Assembly: GCF_009914755.1 (NCBI RefSeq)
Contig: NC_060925.1
Length of the DNA: 64,000 nucleotides
From: the human T2T-CHM13v2.0 reference genome, Homo sapiens
Direction: 5' to 3' (one strand)
Shown in pieces: positions 20,655 to 38,899 of this stretch (its first letter is position 1; every line of letters starts with the position of its first letter). The notes under the pieces are model-generated. The model made no database searches, was not told the DNA's origin, and was given only the letters and a program-made list of their open reading frames with translations. A program made the translations under genes and the position numbers.

Positions 20655-21169
20655 AATGATTTTGTTGTTGTTGTTTGTTTGTTTGTGGTTTTTTTTTTTT
20701 TTTGGTTGTTTGAGATGGGGTCTCACTCTGTTGCCCAGGCTGGAGTGCAGTGGCATGCTTATGACTCACTGCACCCTAGACCTTCTGGGCTCAGGTGATC
20801 CTTCCAGCTCAGCCTCTCAAAGGGCTGGGACTACAGGCCACCACCATGCCTGGCTAATTTTTTGTATTTTTTGTAGAGATGGGGTTTCACTATGTTGTCC
20901 AGGCTGGTCTCAAACACATGGGCTTAAGTGATCCATCTGCCTCCCAAAGTGCTGGGATTACAGGTGTGAGCTACCACGCTTGGCCGGAAGCTAAATGATG
21001 TTATGCACACGAGGCCCTAATTTGTTGAATAAATGAATGAGCAAGTGAGTGAATCCACTGGGCTGTGAGCTCCTCAAGAATAAGGATTGTTTTCTTTCTT
21101 TTTTACATTTTGCAATGTCTGAATCCCAGTGTGGGCATTGCATGTTATCTGGTGCGGTGGTCCTCCTGA

Positions 21170-21400
<231 letters not shown>

Positions 21401-21878
21401 TAGTAGAGACAGGGTTTCTCCATGTTGGTCAGACTGGTCTCGAACTCCCCACTTCAGGTGAGCTGCCTGCCTTGGCCTCCCAAAGTGCTGGGATTACAGG
21501 CATGAGCCACCACGCCCAGCCCAGAAATGTCCATTTTTAGGTCCCACCTGTGACCTACTGAATCAGAAATTCTAGGGATGGAGCCCAGCAAGCTGTACTC
21601 TAACAAGCCCTCTGATTCTGATGAGCGCTAAAGTTTGGGATCTACCCAGCCAGCACATAGAGGCTCAAAGGTGTTTGTCTAAATATATGTTCAAATCCAT
21701 AAGCTTTATGTGGTTTGAATTAGAATTGGCTGTAAGCTCCATAAAATGAGGGGGCATGGTTTCCCTAGCACCAGGTAGAGGCAGGCGCATAGTAGATGCT
21801 CAAAAAAGGTTTGTGGGCCGGGCTCAGTGGCTCATGCCTGTAATCCCTCCTGCTTGGGAGGCAGAAGCAAGCAGATCA

Positions 21879-22271
<393 letters not shown>

Positions 22272-22402
22272 TTAATATACAAAACAAAAAAGTATTGTCA
22301 CACTGTTGAGCACTTTGAAACTCTCAGTTAGAACCCCCGAAAGGTCTGGTTTTCTATCCCTGCTGCAACTCAGAGCTTGAGGCACCTCAAGAATCCTGCT
22401 GC

Positions 22403-22889
<487 letters not shown>

Positions 22890-22929
22890 TCAGGACAGCA
22901 TTGTAGTTAATTGCATAAGTTCGAAACAG

Positions 22930-25400
<2,471 letters not shown>

Positions 25401-25764
25401 TCAACAATGTATTGGGAACTTCTGAGTGTTTCCTCATCTATAAAGTGGGAATAAGAGTAACTCTGATTTCCTGAGGTTGTTGTGAGCATTAAATGAGATT
25501 ATGGTGTATGAAGGCCAGGAAACCTTCCAAAATGACCAACCCCCTCCCACCAACTCCTGTAATGTATACCAGTCACTACAATTGTTACATTATTTATAAT
25601 TATATTTTTATGTGTTTGTGTTTTGTGAGCATCCTGAAAATGGGAACTAGGTCTTATTCATATTTATCTTCTCAGTGCCCAACATGTAATATTCAGTAAG
25701 CTATAACAATATCCATGTACAAAGTATTAATGATTACACGTTAATGTCAAGAAAACTACAAAAA

Positions 25765-27545
25765 GCTCTCCCTCTCCCTCCCCCTCCCCCTCCCCCTCCC
25801 TCTCCCCGTCCCCTCTTTCCACGGTCTCCCTCTGATGCCGAGCCGAAGCTGGACTGTACTGCTGCCATCTCGGCTCACTGCAACCTCCCTGCCTGATTCT
25901 CCTGCCTCAGCCTGCCTAGTGCCTGCGATTGCAGGCGCGCGCCGCCACGCCTGACTGGTTTTCGTATTTTTTTGGTGGAGACGGGGTTTCGCTGTGTTGG
26001 CCGGGCTGGTCTCCAGCTCCTAACAGCGAGTGATCCGCCAGCCTTGGCCTCCTGAGGTGCCGGGATTGCAGACGGAGTCTCGTTCACTCAGTGCTCAATG
26101 GTGCCCAGGCTGGAGCGCAGTGGCGTGATCTCGGCTGGCTAAAACCTCCACCTCCCACCCGCCTGCCTTGGCCTCCCAAAGTGCCGAGATTGCAGCCTCT
26201 GCCCGGCCGCCACCCCGTCTGGGAAGTGAGGAGCGTCTCTGCCTGGCCGCCCATCGTCTGGGACGTGAGGAGCCCCTCTGCCTGGCTGCTCAGTCTGGAA
26301 AGTGAGGAGCGTCTCTGGCCGGCCGCCATCCCATCTAGGAAGTGAGGAGCGCCTCTTCCCGGCCGCCATCACATCTAGGAAGTGAGGAGCGTCTCTGCCC
26401 GGCCGCCCATCGTCTGAGATGTGGGGAACGCCTTTGCCCCGCCGCCCCGTCTGGGATGTGAGGAGTGCCTCTACCCGGCCCGCGACCCCGTCTGGGAGGT
26501 GAGGAGCGTCTCTGCCCGGCCGCCCCGTCTGAGAAGCGAGGAGACCCTCCGCCCGGCAACCGCCCCGTCTGAGAAGCGAGGAGCCTCTCCGCCCGGCAGC
26601 CGCCCCGTCTGAGAAGTGAGGAGACTCTCCGCCCGGCAGCCGCCCCGTCTGAGAAGTGAGGAGCCCCTCCGCCTGGCAGCCGCCCCGTCTGAGAAGTGAG
26701 GAGCCTCTCCGCCCGGCAGCCGCCCCGTCTGAGAAGTGAGGAGCCCCTCTGCCCGGCAGCCACCCCGTCCGGGAGGGAGGTGGGGGGGTCAGCCCCCCGC
26801 CCGGGAGCCGCCCCGTCCGGGAGGTGAGGGGCACCTCTGCCCAGCCGCCCCTACTGGGAAGTGAGGAGCTCCTCTGCCCAGCCAGCAGCCCCGTCCCGGA
26901 GGGAGGTGGGGGGGTCAGCTCCCCGCCCGGCCAGCCGCCCCTTCTGGGAGGTGAGGGGCACCTCTGCCCGGCCGCCCCTACTGGGAAGTGAGGAGCCCCT
27001 CTGCCCGGCCACCACCCGGTCTGGGAGGTGTACCCAACAGCTCATTGAGAACGGGCCATGATGACAATGGCAGTTTTGTGGAATAGAAAGAGGGGAAAGG
27101 TGGGGAAAAGATTGAGAAATCGGATGGTTGCCGTGTCTGTGTAGAAAGAGGTAGACATGGGAGACTTCTCATTTTGTTCTGTACTAAGAAAAATTCTTCT
27201 GCCTTGTGATCCTGTTGATCTGTGACCTTACCCCCAACCCTGTGCTCTCTGAAACATGTGCTGCGTCCACTCAGGGTTAAATGGATTAAGGGCGGTGCAA
27301 GACGTGCTTTGTTAAACAGATGCTTGAAGGCAGCATGCTCTTTAAGAGTCATCACCACTCCCTAATCTCAAGTACCCAGGGACACAAACACTGCGGAAGG
27401 CCGCAGGGTCCTCTGCCTAGGAAAACCAGAGACCTTTGTTCACTTGTTTATCTGCTGACCTTCCCTCCACTATTGTCCTATGACCCTGCCAAATACCCCT
27501 CTGCGAGAAACACCCAAGAATGATCAATAAAAAAAAAAAAAAAGA
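25765..27545 (+). mobile_element. Full-length SVA retrotransposon
   Basis: (CCCTCT)-type head ~25765-25810, antisense Alu-like region, GC-rich VNTR (gcccggcagccgccccgtctgagaagtgaggag units), SINE-R, AATAAA 27526 and A tail; 16-bp TSD AAGAAAACTACAAAAA at 25749-25764 and 27546-27561. Confidence 0.96.
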
Positions 27546-27905
27546 AAGAAAACTACAAAAAAAGATTCTTGAACTGGGCCTTCAAGAATAAGTAGGCACC
27601 CACTCAGCTCAAATGGAGCACAGGGCATCCTAGGTGGAAGGAACAGCATGTGGACAGGCCCAGAAGAGGGAAGACGTGTCGATTTCAGGAAATGACAAGG
27701 AAGCCCAGTGTGGCAATGGTGCTGGGAAAGGGTGGCCAGGGAGGCCACAGGTAAGGTAGAGGAAGCCAGTTGGAAGTTGTAAATAGCCATTTATACCATG
27801 CAAAAGGGTTAGAACTTCATCCCGAGGGCAGAGAGGAGCCATGGATGGGCATTAAGCAGGAGAGTAACGCGATTAGAACTACATTTTAGAAAGATCTTTC
27901 TGGGG

Positions 27906-27941
27906 ATCGCTTCTCAGCCTTTTGGCTAAGATCAAGTGTAG
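27906..27941 (+). pseudogene. 3'-truncated U2 snRNA retropseudogene (nt 1-36)
   Basis: ATCGCTTCTCAGCCTTTTGGCTAAGATCAAGTGTAG matches the U2 5' end except G11>A; flanked by direct repeat AGAAAGATCT(T/C)TCTGGGG 27888-27905 / 27940-27957. Confidence 0.92.
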
Positions 27942-28047
27942 AAAGATCTCTCTGGGGCAGCAGAAGGCATGCATTCTCAAACTTCAGCTGCATTAGACTC
28001 ACCTGGGAGGTTCATGGAGCCTCAGAATACTGAGTCCCGCCCCATGA

Positions 28048-28197
<150 letters not shown>

Positions 28198-29003
28198 TGA
28201 GTAGCTGGAGTTACAGGCGCCTGCAACCATGCCCGCTAATTTATTTTATTTTTTTAGTAGAGACGGGGTTTCACTGTGTTAGCCAGGATGATCTCAATCT
28301 CCTGACCTTGCGATCCGCCCGCCTTGGACTCTCGAAGTGTTGGGATTACAGGCGTGAGCCACTGCACCTGGCCTTTTTTTTTGCAGAGTCTCACTATGTA
28401 GCCCAGGCTGGAGTGCAGTGGTGTGATCTCACTGCATCCTCTGCCTCCTGGGTTCAAGCGATTCTCCTGCCTCAGCCTCTTCAGTAGCTTGGATTACAGG
28501 CACCCGCCACCAAGCCCGGCTAATTTTTTTATATTTTTAGCAGAGATGGGGTTTCACCATGCTGGCCAGACTGGTCTTGAACTCCTAACTTCAAGTGATC
28601 CACCGCACCCAGCGTGAGGCATGGTCTTGAATATGCATGTCTCACATTTCCAGGTGATACTGCTGCTGCTGGTCTGAGGACTACAGTTGGACCCACTGAT
28701 GTAGAGGGTGGGAGGGAGAGTGTGGGCAGCAAGACCTTTCAGGAAGCTGTGGAAATAGATGGGGGAGACAGAGTCAGGGCTGATCACATTTTAGATCTGG
28801 GTGCTGCGAACTTTTCAGTGCCTTAATGGTGAGATTGCAGGCATGGTGATAAGAGACTGTATCTTGGAGGGAAATCCACTGGGCAATCATGTGCCCCCAG
28901 CATTGGCCAGGACAGCCCCCAACACCCAGCCTGCGGGGACCAGATCCACAGTTGGTAATGAGCTTCAGAAAGCACGACAAAGACAAGATGCCCAGAGCTG
29001 CAG

Positions 29004-29016
29004 TTTAATGTTTAAT
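29004..29016 (-). terminator. E2F2: E2F2 polyadenylation signals (ATTAAA x2)
   Basis: Plus-strand TTTAAT at 29004-29009 and 29011-29016; followed on minus by GU/U-rich TCTTGTCTTTGTCGTGCTTT. Confidence 0.75.
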
Positions 29017-29797
29017 GCCCAATTATCTCAATACAAGGAGGCTTACATGGTGCTCATAAAGACACGACCAGGCGAAACCAGGCCGGCAGGAAATGACCCG
29101 CATGAGTCCCAGCACGGGGACCATGTTCTCTCGGTTCCAGCTCACCCTCGAAAAGTGCCACAGGCAAGGTTCTTCAGCTCACCCAGGAGCCAGCAGGCTG
29201 GCCAGGCGTGTGGCCACCATGGTCACTGAGGATCCTCGTGGGAGAATAGGGTTCTGGGACCTCAGGATACAATCACAAGAACCAGAAAGCTGCTTCCAAA
29301 CAACCCCAGAAGGTTTTCACTTCACATGCGCTAAGCCACACAACACCTGGATGCTGGGGCACCCAAACCCTTTCCCTAAAACTCTGAACACTGCAGAATG
29401 GAGGTTGAGAACACTTGGGGAGGGAGAACAAAGTCAGAACCATCCTAAAGCCAGTTTTTCAAGCTTGACCACCTCCCTCTTCCTCCCTGAAGGCACACCA
29501 GCCGATCCCATTACTGTGGAAAAGGGACACCCTCTGGTCTATTCTAACACCTTTAATGGGAAAGGAGTTAGGAGCATGTCCCTGGCTTCAAGAAATCTCT
29601 GAATCTCCAACTCTACTGGATGATTTCCTGGAGCCCCAAGCTTTAGAAGTCCCTGGGGACACGAGTGATTTTTTTTAGGGGGGCTGCTGGTGGGGCTGGG
29701 AAGTTTCCTGGCAGAAATTATTTACCTCAGAAAGACACTGGCTTTTCTCTTACCCTCGTTTTAAAGTCTACCTGGTCCCTAAAGAAAATACCACTCA

Positions 29798-30160
<363 letters not shown>

Positions 30161-32441
30161 TCAAGTGTCACTGGCAAGACGGGGGCATGAGCTTGTGTCC
30201 TGCACTGAATCTGAGGCTTAGCCTGGGAGGTCTAGCCCCTTGGCCAGGCAAGGTGTGAAAGGGACAGTAGAGGGGGACAGAGGCAGCTGCTGAGCACACG
30301 GGGCACAAGCCTGAAGGCAGCTCCCCTGACCAGCCATATGGAGAGGCCTCTAGGGCATGAGCTTACATTCCAGACTTCAGTATTAAACTCATTCCCAATG
30401 GGTCCTGCAGGCCCCTTCTTCCTTTTCTCTGATGTAATTCTTGGGGAAAGCTCCAGAGCCCAAGGAATGGGAGTCAAACACCTCTGACTTCAGAGATGGC
30501 ACATGGCTAAATGGCAGCCCAGTGGAGACCTCAGAGCAGCCCACTCACCACAAACGAGATCCTACACAGGGTCCCTGAGCATGCTGGACTTTAAGACGGG
30601 CGTCTGATAAGACCCTTGTGAGTATTTGGGTAGGAGACCAAAAGCATTTCTGCAAAGGGTACACAATTAGCCCTGCTTATAGAGTGGGGGCAGCTGTGAC
30701 CCGCTGACCACTCCTGGGAGGGGGCTAACTTGGGGGCCCAGGAATTTGAGCAAATGATGAGGCACAATTGTCCCCAGCTGGGCATTAGATCACATTGGGC
30801 CCCACCCTGAAATAATCCCTCGTCTCAAACTTCAGACATCAGTCAGTCAGCTCAGGAGCCATCCAACAAAACCAACTTCATATTTTAAACCAGCTTAATG
30901 CTACAAACTTTTCTAAAAAGTGCTGTCCAGCTGAGCCTCTGAGAAAACCTAGCTCCCTGAGGGGTGGATGGCAGGCCTCTCAGACCAACCCCTGAGCCTC
31001 TCTCCAGAAGTCATAGCCTTGGTTCAGCCCAGAGCACCCACATCCCAGGGTGGGTGGGGGAGAAGAGCAGCTGAGCTGAAGGGACAATGTGGGATGATCA
31101 AGCCTCTGGGGGAACAGGCTGAAGCCAAAAGACCCCCTCAGGACCCCAGGCCTGCAGAGGTAACATGAGTTCCTCTCCCCATTAGCTGTGAAGGCCTGGT
31201 CTGCCATGAAGACCTCTCTCTGTCACCCCTTCAGTATACCTGGGAAAAAAGGAGTGAACAAGTCACCAAGCCCCAGTCACCTCTGTCCTTGGGGTCTGAG
31301 TGAGCTCTGAGGGGTGGAGTCCTTAATGAACCATCCCCTTCAATAACATGGTGAAAAAATTCCTCCCAGGGAAGCAGAGAATGATGCCAGTGCCACATGG
31401 GGGGCAGAGGGGATGCTTTTGGCAGTTTTTTGTTTTAATCTGACCCTTCTTTACAGTGGGGCTGCCTCTGCCTACCAAGTCCTTGGTGCAAAATGGCTCC
31501 TGGACCAGCGCAAGGCAGAAACTCTGAGGAAAAGTGCCCGCCACAGCCATGACAGCTGCCCCCATGCTCCTGTCTGTTTTCCACGGGAGCTTGTCTCTGC
31601 TGGACCATTTTTACATCTCAAGGGGAGAGGTAAGGACTTCCTCAGGAAAGGGGTCTCCTGAGCAGGTGGCTCCTGTTTCCACAGGAGCCTCAGTGCTACC
31701 TGCCCTAGGATGGCTCCCTGGGACCATCTCTGGGACAGAGGCGACCAGGAAGCCAAGACCGGCAGCTCAGCTGGAGATGTGAGGCCAAGAACAGGGGAAG
31801 AGGCAAAAGGGCCCACAGCTGCCGTTTACTAGAACCATGAGGCCTAAGTGCAATTAGCATTCTAGCAGACTGGACAGCCCCTCAGAGTCCCAGCCCCCAC
31901 CACAGTGGGGAAACCAAGGATGTAGCCTGGGCCCCTCCCTTGGAAACCCAGACCTGCCCTGGAACATGGACAGTGATGGGCCTGTCTGCAGAGGTCTCAC
32001 TAAAAACTAGAACAACCTCCCTGCTAAAACTCAGGGAGGACAAACAAACAACTCAACCTGAAATAAATACAAAGGCATTATGTGCTTCTTGGTACGTCGA
32101 GGGTCCTAATTACCCCTCAAAAGGAGGTAGCAGGGCCTTTCCCTGGACTTGGCCACCTCACCTGCAGCCTTCTTGTGAGAGGTCAGAAGTCAGAAGACTG
32201 GATGGGCCTCCCTAGGCCCAGCTTCCATTAGGAAGGTGAGGACCACCCCTTATCCACTCCTCACCCGTACCATTCATATCTCCCCACACAGCTTCTGCCG
32301 GCTGGGGCAGGAAAGGCGAGGAGACCCCATGCCCTGAGGGCAGCACCTAGTGTCCAATGTCCCTGTGCAGGCAGAGGGGCTGTCAGCCTGTCTGTGAGGA
32401 GGTAGAGTCGGGGGCAGGCTGCTGGGGGCAGGCAGGGCCAC

Positions 32442-32710
32442 TCAATTAATCAACAGGTCCCCAAGGTCGTAGGAGTCGAAGAGATCGCTGATGCCCTCAC
32501 CCGCCTCCAAGCCCCACAGGTAGTCGTCCTGGTCCAAGGATGGGGAGAAGCTGATCAGAGGGGAGCTGCACGCCAGGGTCGGGGACAGGAACTGGTCCTC
32601 AGTCTGCTGCAGGAGTGGGTGCGGCAGCTCCAGCAGGCTGTCAGTAGCCTCCAAGGGGACCAGGGATGGAGGCGGTGGGGCCTGCTGGGGGGTTGGCGCT
32701 GGTGCTGGCA
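32442..32710 (-). CDS. E2F2: E2F2 exon 7 coding part (transactivation / pocket-protein (RB) binding domain)
   Basis: Acceptor TCTCCAG|TG; (V)PAPAPTPQQ...[28 protein letters not shown]; TGA at 32444-32442; all seven exons sum to 1314 nt. Confidence 0.97.
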
Positions 32711-33177
32711 CTGGAGACAAACAGACAAAGGTTACGCCTGGCCCTAGCATCCAACTCCTCAGCACGCGAGGACAGACTTCCGGTTCTCTGGATGACTGCA
32801 CCCTTCTTCTCTCTCCTTAGCCTGGGTGGACTGTCGTGCTCTCAAAATCCACCTTCCAGAGTCTACACCCAACCCTACAACTTTTCATGTATTTTTTATT
32901 TTTTTGAGACCGGGTCTCACTCTATCACCCAGGCTAGAGTGCAGTGTTGTGATCTTGGTTCACTGCAACCTCTGCCTCCCAGGTTCAAGCGATTCTCCCA
33001 CCTGAGCCTCCCGAGTAGCTGGACTACAGGCATGCACCACCACACCCAGCTAATTTGTGTATTTTTAGTAGAGATGGGGTTTCACCATGTTGGCCAGGCT
33101 GGTCTCGAACTCCTGACCTCAAGTGATCGGCCTTCCAAAGTGTTGGGATTACAGGCCTGAGCCACTGTGCCCGGCCA

Positions 33178-33510
33178 AAAAGGAAAGAAATTCTGACACA
33201 TGCTACAACATAGATGAACCCTGAGGACATTAAACTATGTGAAATAAGCCAATCACAAAAAAACAAATACTGTGTGATTCCACTTACATTAGATACTTAG
33301 TCAAAATCGCAGGGACAGAGAGTAGAAGGGTGGTTGTCAGGGGCTGGGCAGAGAGGGGAATGGGGAATAGGTACAGAGTTTCAGTTTTACAAGGTGAAAG
33401 GAGTTATGGAGATGAATGGTGATGGTTACACAACATTATGAATGTATTAATTACCACTGAACTGTACATTTAAAAATAGTTATGATGGTAAATTTTTGTT
33501 ATGTTGCCTC
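33178..33510 (+). mobile_element. L1MB-like 3' end in E2F2 intron 6
   Basis: gaaattctgacacatgctacaacatagatgaaccctgaggacatt...ggagatgaatggtgatggttacacaacattatgaatgta...ccactgaactgtacatttaaaaatagtt. Confidence 0.75.
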
Positions 33511-33856
33511 TACTCTCCACCACACACAACTATACCTGACCTCATCACCCTCTCCAATTACTGGCCCATTTTTCTGCTCCTTTGCACAGTAAACTTTCTC
33601 CAGAGTAGCCTCAGCTTGTCTCCACTTCCGTATTACTATTCTCTCTTCAACTCACTCCAGTCTGGGGTCTCTCCCCACCATGTCCCTGAGCCAGTGACAT
33701 CCATGCTGCTAAACCCAATGGTCATTTCTCTGGCTTCATCTTATTTGACCTTTCAGTAGCCATTCTCCAGCACTCTATGCTCATTTCTTTCTCGCCGCCT
33801 TCTTTTTTTTTTTTTGAAACAGGGTCTTGCCCAAGCTAGAGTACAGAGTGCAGTAG

Positions 33857-33967
<111 letters not shown>

Positions 33968-34440
33968 TAAACTTTTTTGTAGAGACAGGGTCTCACTCTG
34001 TTGCCCAGGCTGGTCTCGAACTCCCAGGCTCGAGCAATCCTCCTGCCTCAGCCTCCCAAAGTGCTGGGATTACAGACATGAGCCACCACACCCAACCTGC
34101 TCATTTCCACTTAGATGTTAAGACGGTGATTTCCCATACAGGGACATGCAATGAAGCACTGGAAATTGCCTGCCACATATATCCTGATGCTCAGAATCCC
34201 CCACATTGCAGTCACTCCTTAAGCCCCAGCCAAGTATTATTCTGAAGATACAACTGCGCTGGGATGCTAGGCTGCCTGTTGAGACTGGTGGTGCACCCAT
34301 AGGCATGTGATTTCACATTTTATTTATTTATTTAATTTATTTTGAGATGGAGTCTTGCTCTGGACTTCACGTTTTAGAGCATCCATTTTCTCCCCTCTGC
34401 ATGGGGCAGCATAGCACTACCTACCTCAAAGGGTTGCTCA

Positions 34441-34911
<471 letters not shown>

Positions 34912-36121
34912 TCAGCCTCCTTGCACACTCAAATGGCCCTGAGGGAGTCCATGCTGTTACCCCTATTTACAGATGAGAAAACTAGGGCCCAAAGAAGTCC
35001 ATTAAATGTATATTAATTAAAAAAAAAAATCTAAGGTTTGTTTGGCACGCTGCTGATGTTACAGTCAGAGGCCTGGCTTGGGAGCGGGGAGCATGTGGGC
35101 TCAGACTCTAGCGCCTCCTCTCACCAGCCATGGAACCCCAGAACTCTGTTTCCTCATGTGGAAAAACAGGGATGAGTATTAGAAGCAGTAACTGATAAAA
35201 CACATGTGAAAATCTCTATTATAGGTCAGACCTTGCTGTCTCCTGCTGTTGATCACGTCCAGAAATAGAATCGCCTTTTGTAATATGTGTCTCTCCACCA
35301 CACTCTGAATGGCTCTTACTGCTTTTCTGTCTCTAAAACAGCACCAGGCCCAGCTCAGTAGATGCTCTTCACACAAGCTTTTTTTTTTTTTTGAGACAGA
35401 GTCCCACTCTGTCGGTCAGGCTGGAGTGCAGTGGTGTAATCTCAGCTCACTGCAACGTCTGCTTTCCTGGTTCAAGTGACTATTGTGCCTCAGCCTCCTG
35501 AGTAACTGGGATTATAGGCATGCACCACCACCTCCGGCTAATTTTTGTATTTGTAGTAGAGACGGGGTTTCATCGTGTTGGCCAGGCTGGTCTGGAACTT
35601 CTGGCCTCAAGTGATCCACCTCCCTCGGCCTCTCCAAGTGCTGGATTACAGGTGTGTGCCACCGCGGCTGGCCACATAAGTTTTTTTTTTTTTTTTTTAA
35701 ATCACATTTATGCCATGTCATCTTCTATAACCCATTCAATATTCATGAGGAAATTTCAAGTGTCCCCATTTGAGAGATGTGGGAACTGGGGCTTTGGGGG
35801 GTTAAAGTGATTCACTCACAGTCACCAAGTCACTAAGAAGTGAGATACAGGCTTGAACACAGGTCTCCCAATTTCAAATCCTGTGCCATCAGCTACATTT
35901 AGGTGTATCTCAGAATGTCAGAGCCTGGAGAAATGTCAGAGATGATGTTGTTGAAACCCCTTCCATTACAGATGAGGGAAACTGAGGCTGCAGAGAACAC
36001 TTCCCCTGGTAATGCAGAACCAGGGCCAGGACCCAGGTCCCAAGACTGTAGTGGCTTCCTCTCTTACATGGCTTCTGGCACTCAGACCTCAAAATGATAC
36101 TATTTCAGAACACAGCACGGA

Positions 36122-36124
<3 letters not shown>

Positions 36125-36175
<51 letters not shown>
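36125..36175. repeat. (TG)~25 microsatellite, E2F2 intron 6
   Basis: Uninterrupted TG run. Confidence 0.95.
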
Positions 36176-36176
<1 letters not shown>

Positions 36177-36573
36177 TGTGCAGGAGAATCCCTTGAACCT
36201 GGGAGGCGGAGGTTGCAGTGAGCCAAGACCAGGAAAACTTCCTCCTCCTCCCTTCAGCAGGGATAATACTATGAGGCCATGTGACAAGGGTCGTGGGGAC
36301 AGCCATGACATGAGAGCTGGCCCCACCAGACTGCTGTGTAAGCCTCTGCTCCTCTCTGGGCTTCAGGATCTTGATTTGTAAAACTCAGGTAAAAACTTCA
36401 CACCCGGCTGGGCTCGGTGGCTCACACCTGTAATCCCAGCACTTTGGGAAGCTGAGGTGGGTGGATCACCTGAGATCAGGAGTTCGAGACCAGCCTGGCC
36501 AACATGGTGAAACCCTGTCTCTACTGAAAATACAAAAATTAGCCGGGCATGGTGGCATGTACCTGTACTCCTA

Positions 36574-36705
<132 letters not shown>

Positions 36706-37100
36706 TCACACCCTTGTTTATGCTTTGGGATCTGCCACCTCCACCCAAGGTCTCAGAGGACAACTGAAGCGAAGGTGGTTCCAGCTTCGGAGGGCTATGC
36801 GCATGCTGACACTTGAGTGAGGAGGCACAGCAGGAGGAGGATGGACCAGAGGGTGGGGCAGAGGTCTGGGATGGGAGATAGGCACTGGGGAGGTGTCCCA
36901 AGGGACAGATGGCTAGCACAGGGAGAAGCTCTGGTCCCTGATGAGGCCTGACAGACACAGGAGAGATCATTAGAGAAGAGTTGGGAGGCTGGGCTCTGGT
37001 CCCAGCTCTGCCATCAACTTGCTGTGTGACCTTAGGGAAGCCACTTGCCCTCTCTGGGCCTGTGTTCATTCATGTGTTAAAAGAAGGGTTGAGTTAGTTG

Positions 37101-37584
<484 letters not shown>

Positions 37585-38104
37585 GAGTTAGAGAAATGGA
37601 CACAACCAGTGTACTGCAGAGCCCTTCCAGCAAGCCTCTTCCATCAGCCCAGCTCTACCTCTACCTTGGTCTAAACGCTAGGGTTCTACTTAAGAGAATT
37701 CTGCTGCTAAGAAGACAAAAAGTGGAACACTGGCCTACATAGCCTTGAAGAATCCTGCCAGTCTAGCCGGATGTGTGATCCAGGAAAAGGCAAAAACTGT
37801 TCTGGAGAGGGGCCTTTACAGGCTTCCATTTGTACTCCTTCTGGACTCCCACCCTCCTTGGGAAGCTCTCAGGAACTTTGCTCCCTGGCAACTTACCTGT
37901 ACTACCTTCCATCAGGGGTAGCCAGCTCTTAACCATACCGTCCACCTCCCAGCCAGAAGCCCCTTCTTCGATTTGATCTATGCCTTGTGGAGAGAGCACT
38001 GGGCTGGGAGTATGTAGACCAAGGTTCAAGACACAGCTCTGTTGCCTCCCAGCTGGGAGACCTTAGGTAAGACACATCACCTCTATGTCTTATTTTTTTT
38101 TTAA

Positions 38105-38257
<153 letters not shown>

Positions 38258-38899
38258 TAAAATTTTATTCTTATTTTTATTTTTGAGACAGGGTCTCCCT
38301 CTGTTGCCCACGCTGGAGTGCAGTGGCATGATCAGAGCTCACTGTAGCCTCAACCTCCATGGCTCAAGTGTTCCTCCCACCTCAGCTTCCCGAGTAGCTG
38401 GACTACAGGCGTGTGCCACCACACTCGGCTAATTTGTAAATTTTTTTATAGAGACAGGGTATCCCTATGTTGCCCGGGCTGCTCTTGAACTCCTGGTCTC
38501 AAATGATTCTCCTGCCTCAGTCTCCCAAACTGCTGGGATTATAGGCGTGAGCTATATAATCTCACAACAACCTATGAGTTAGACAGTATTAATTACTGCG
38601 CCCAACTCACAGATGAGAAAAATTGAGGCCAAGAGAGGTTAAGTAACTTGTCTAAGGTCACATAGCTGTTAAGTGGATGGGCTGGGATTCAAATCCAGGC
38701 CTTCCTCTGCCCTGGAGCAGCACCAGCCTTCCTAGTGAGGCTTTATAAAGCATTAAGTACAATGCACATGTGTGGGGTAGGATGACTACATCCCCAGCTG
38801 CTGGATAAAACAGGAGGTTTTCAACAAACATTGATATAGAAGAGAAAACTAAGGCCGGTCTCTCCCCCCACCTCCTGTCCCTCTGGACAAGGGACCTAC

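Noticed and set aside
26139-26834. 231-aa repetitive ORF and overlapping ORFs
   Set aside because: Arise from the stop-poor SVA VNTR
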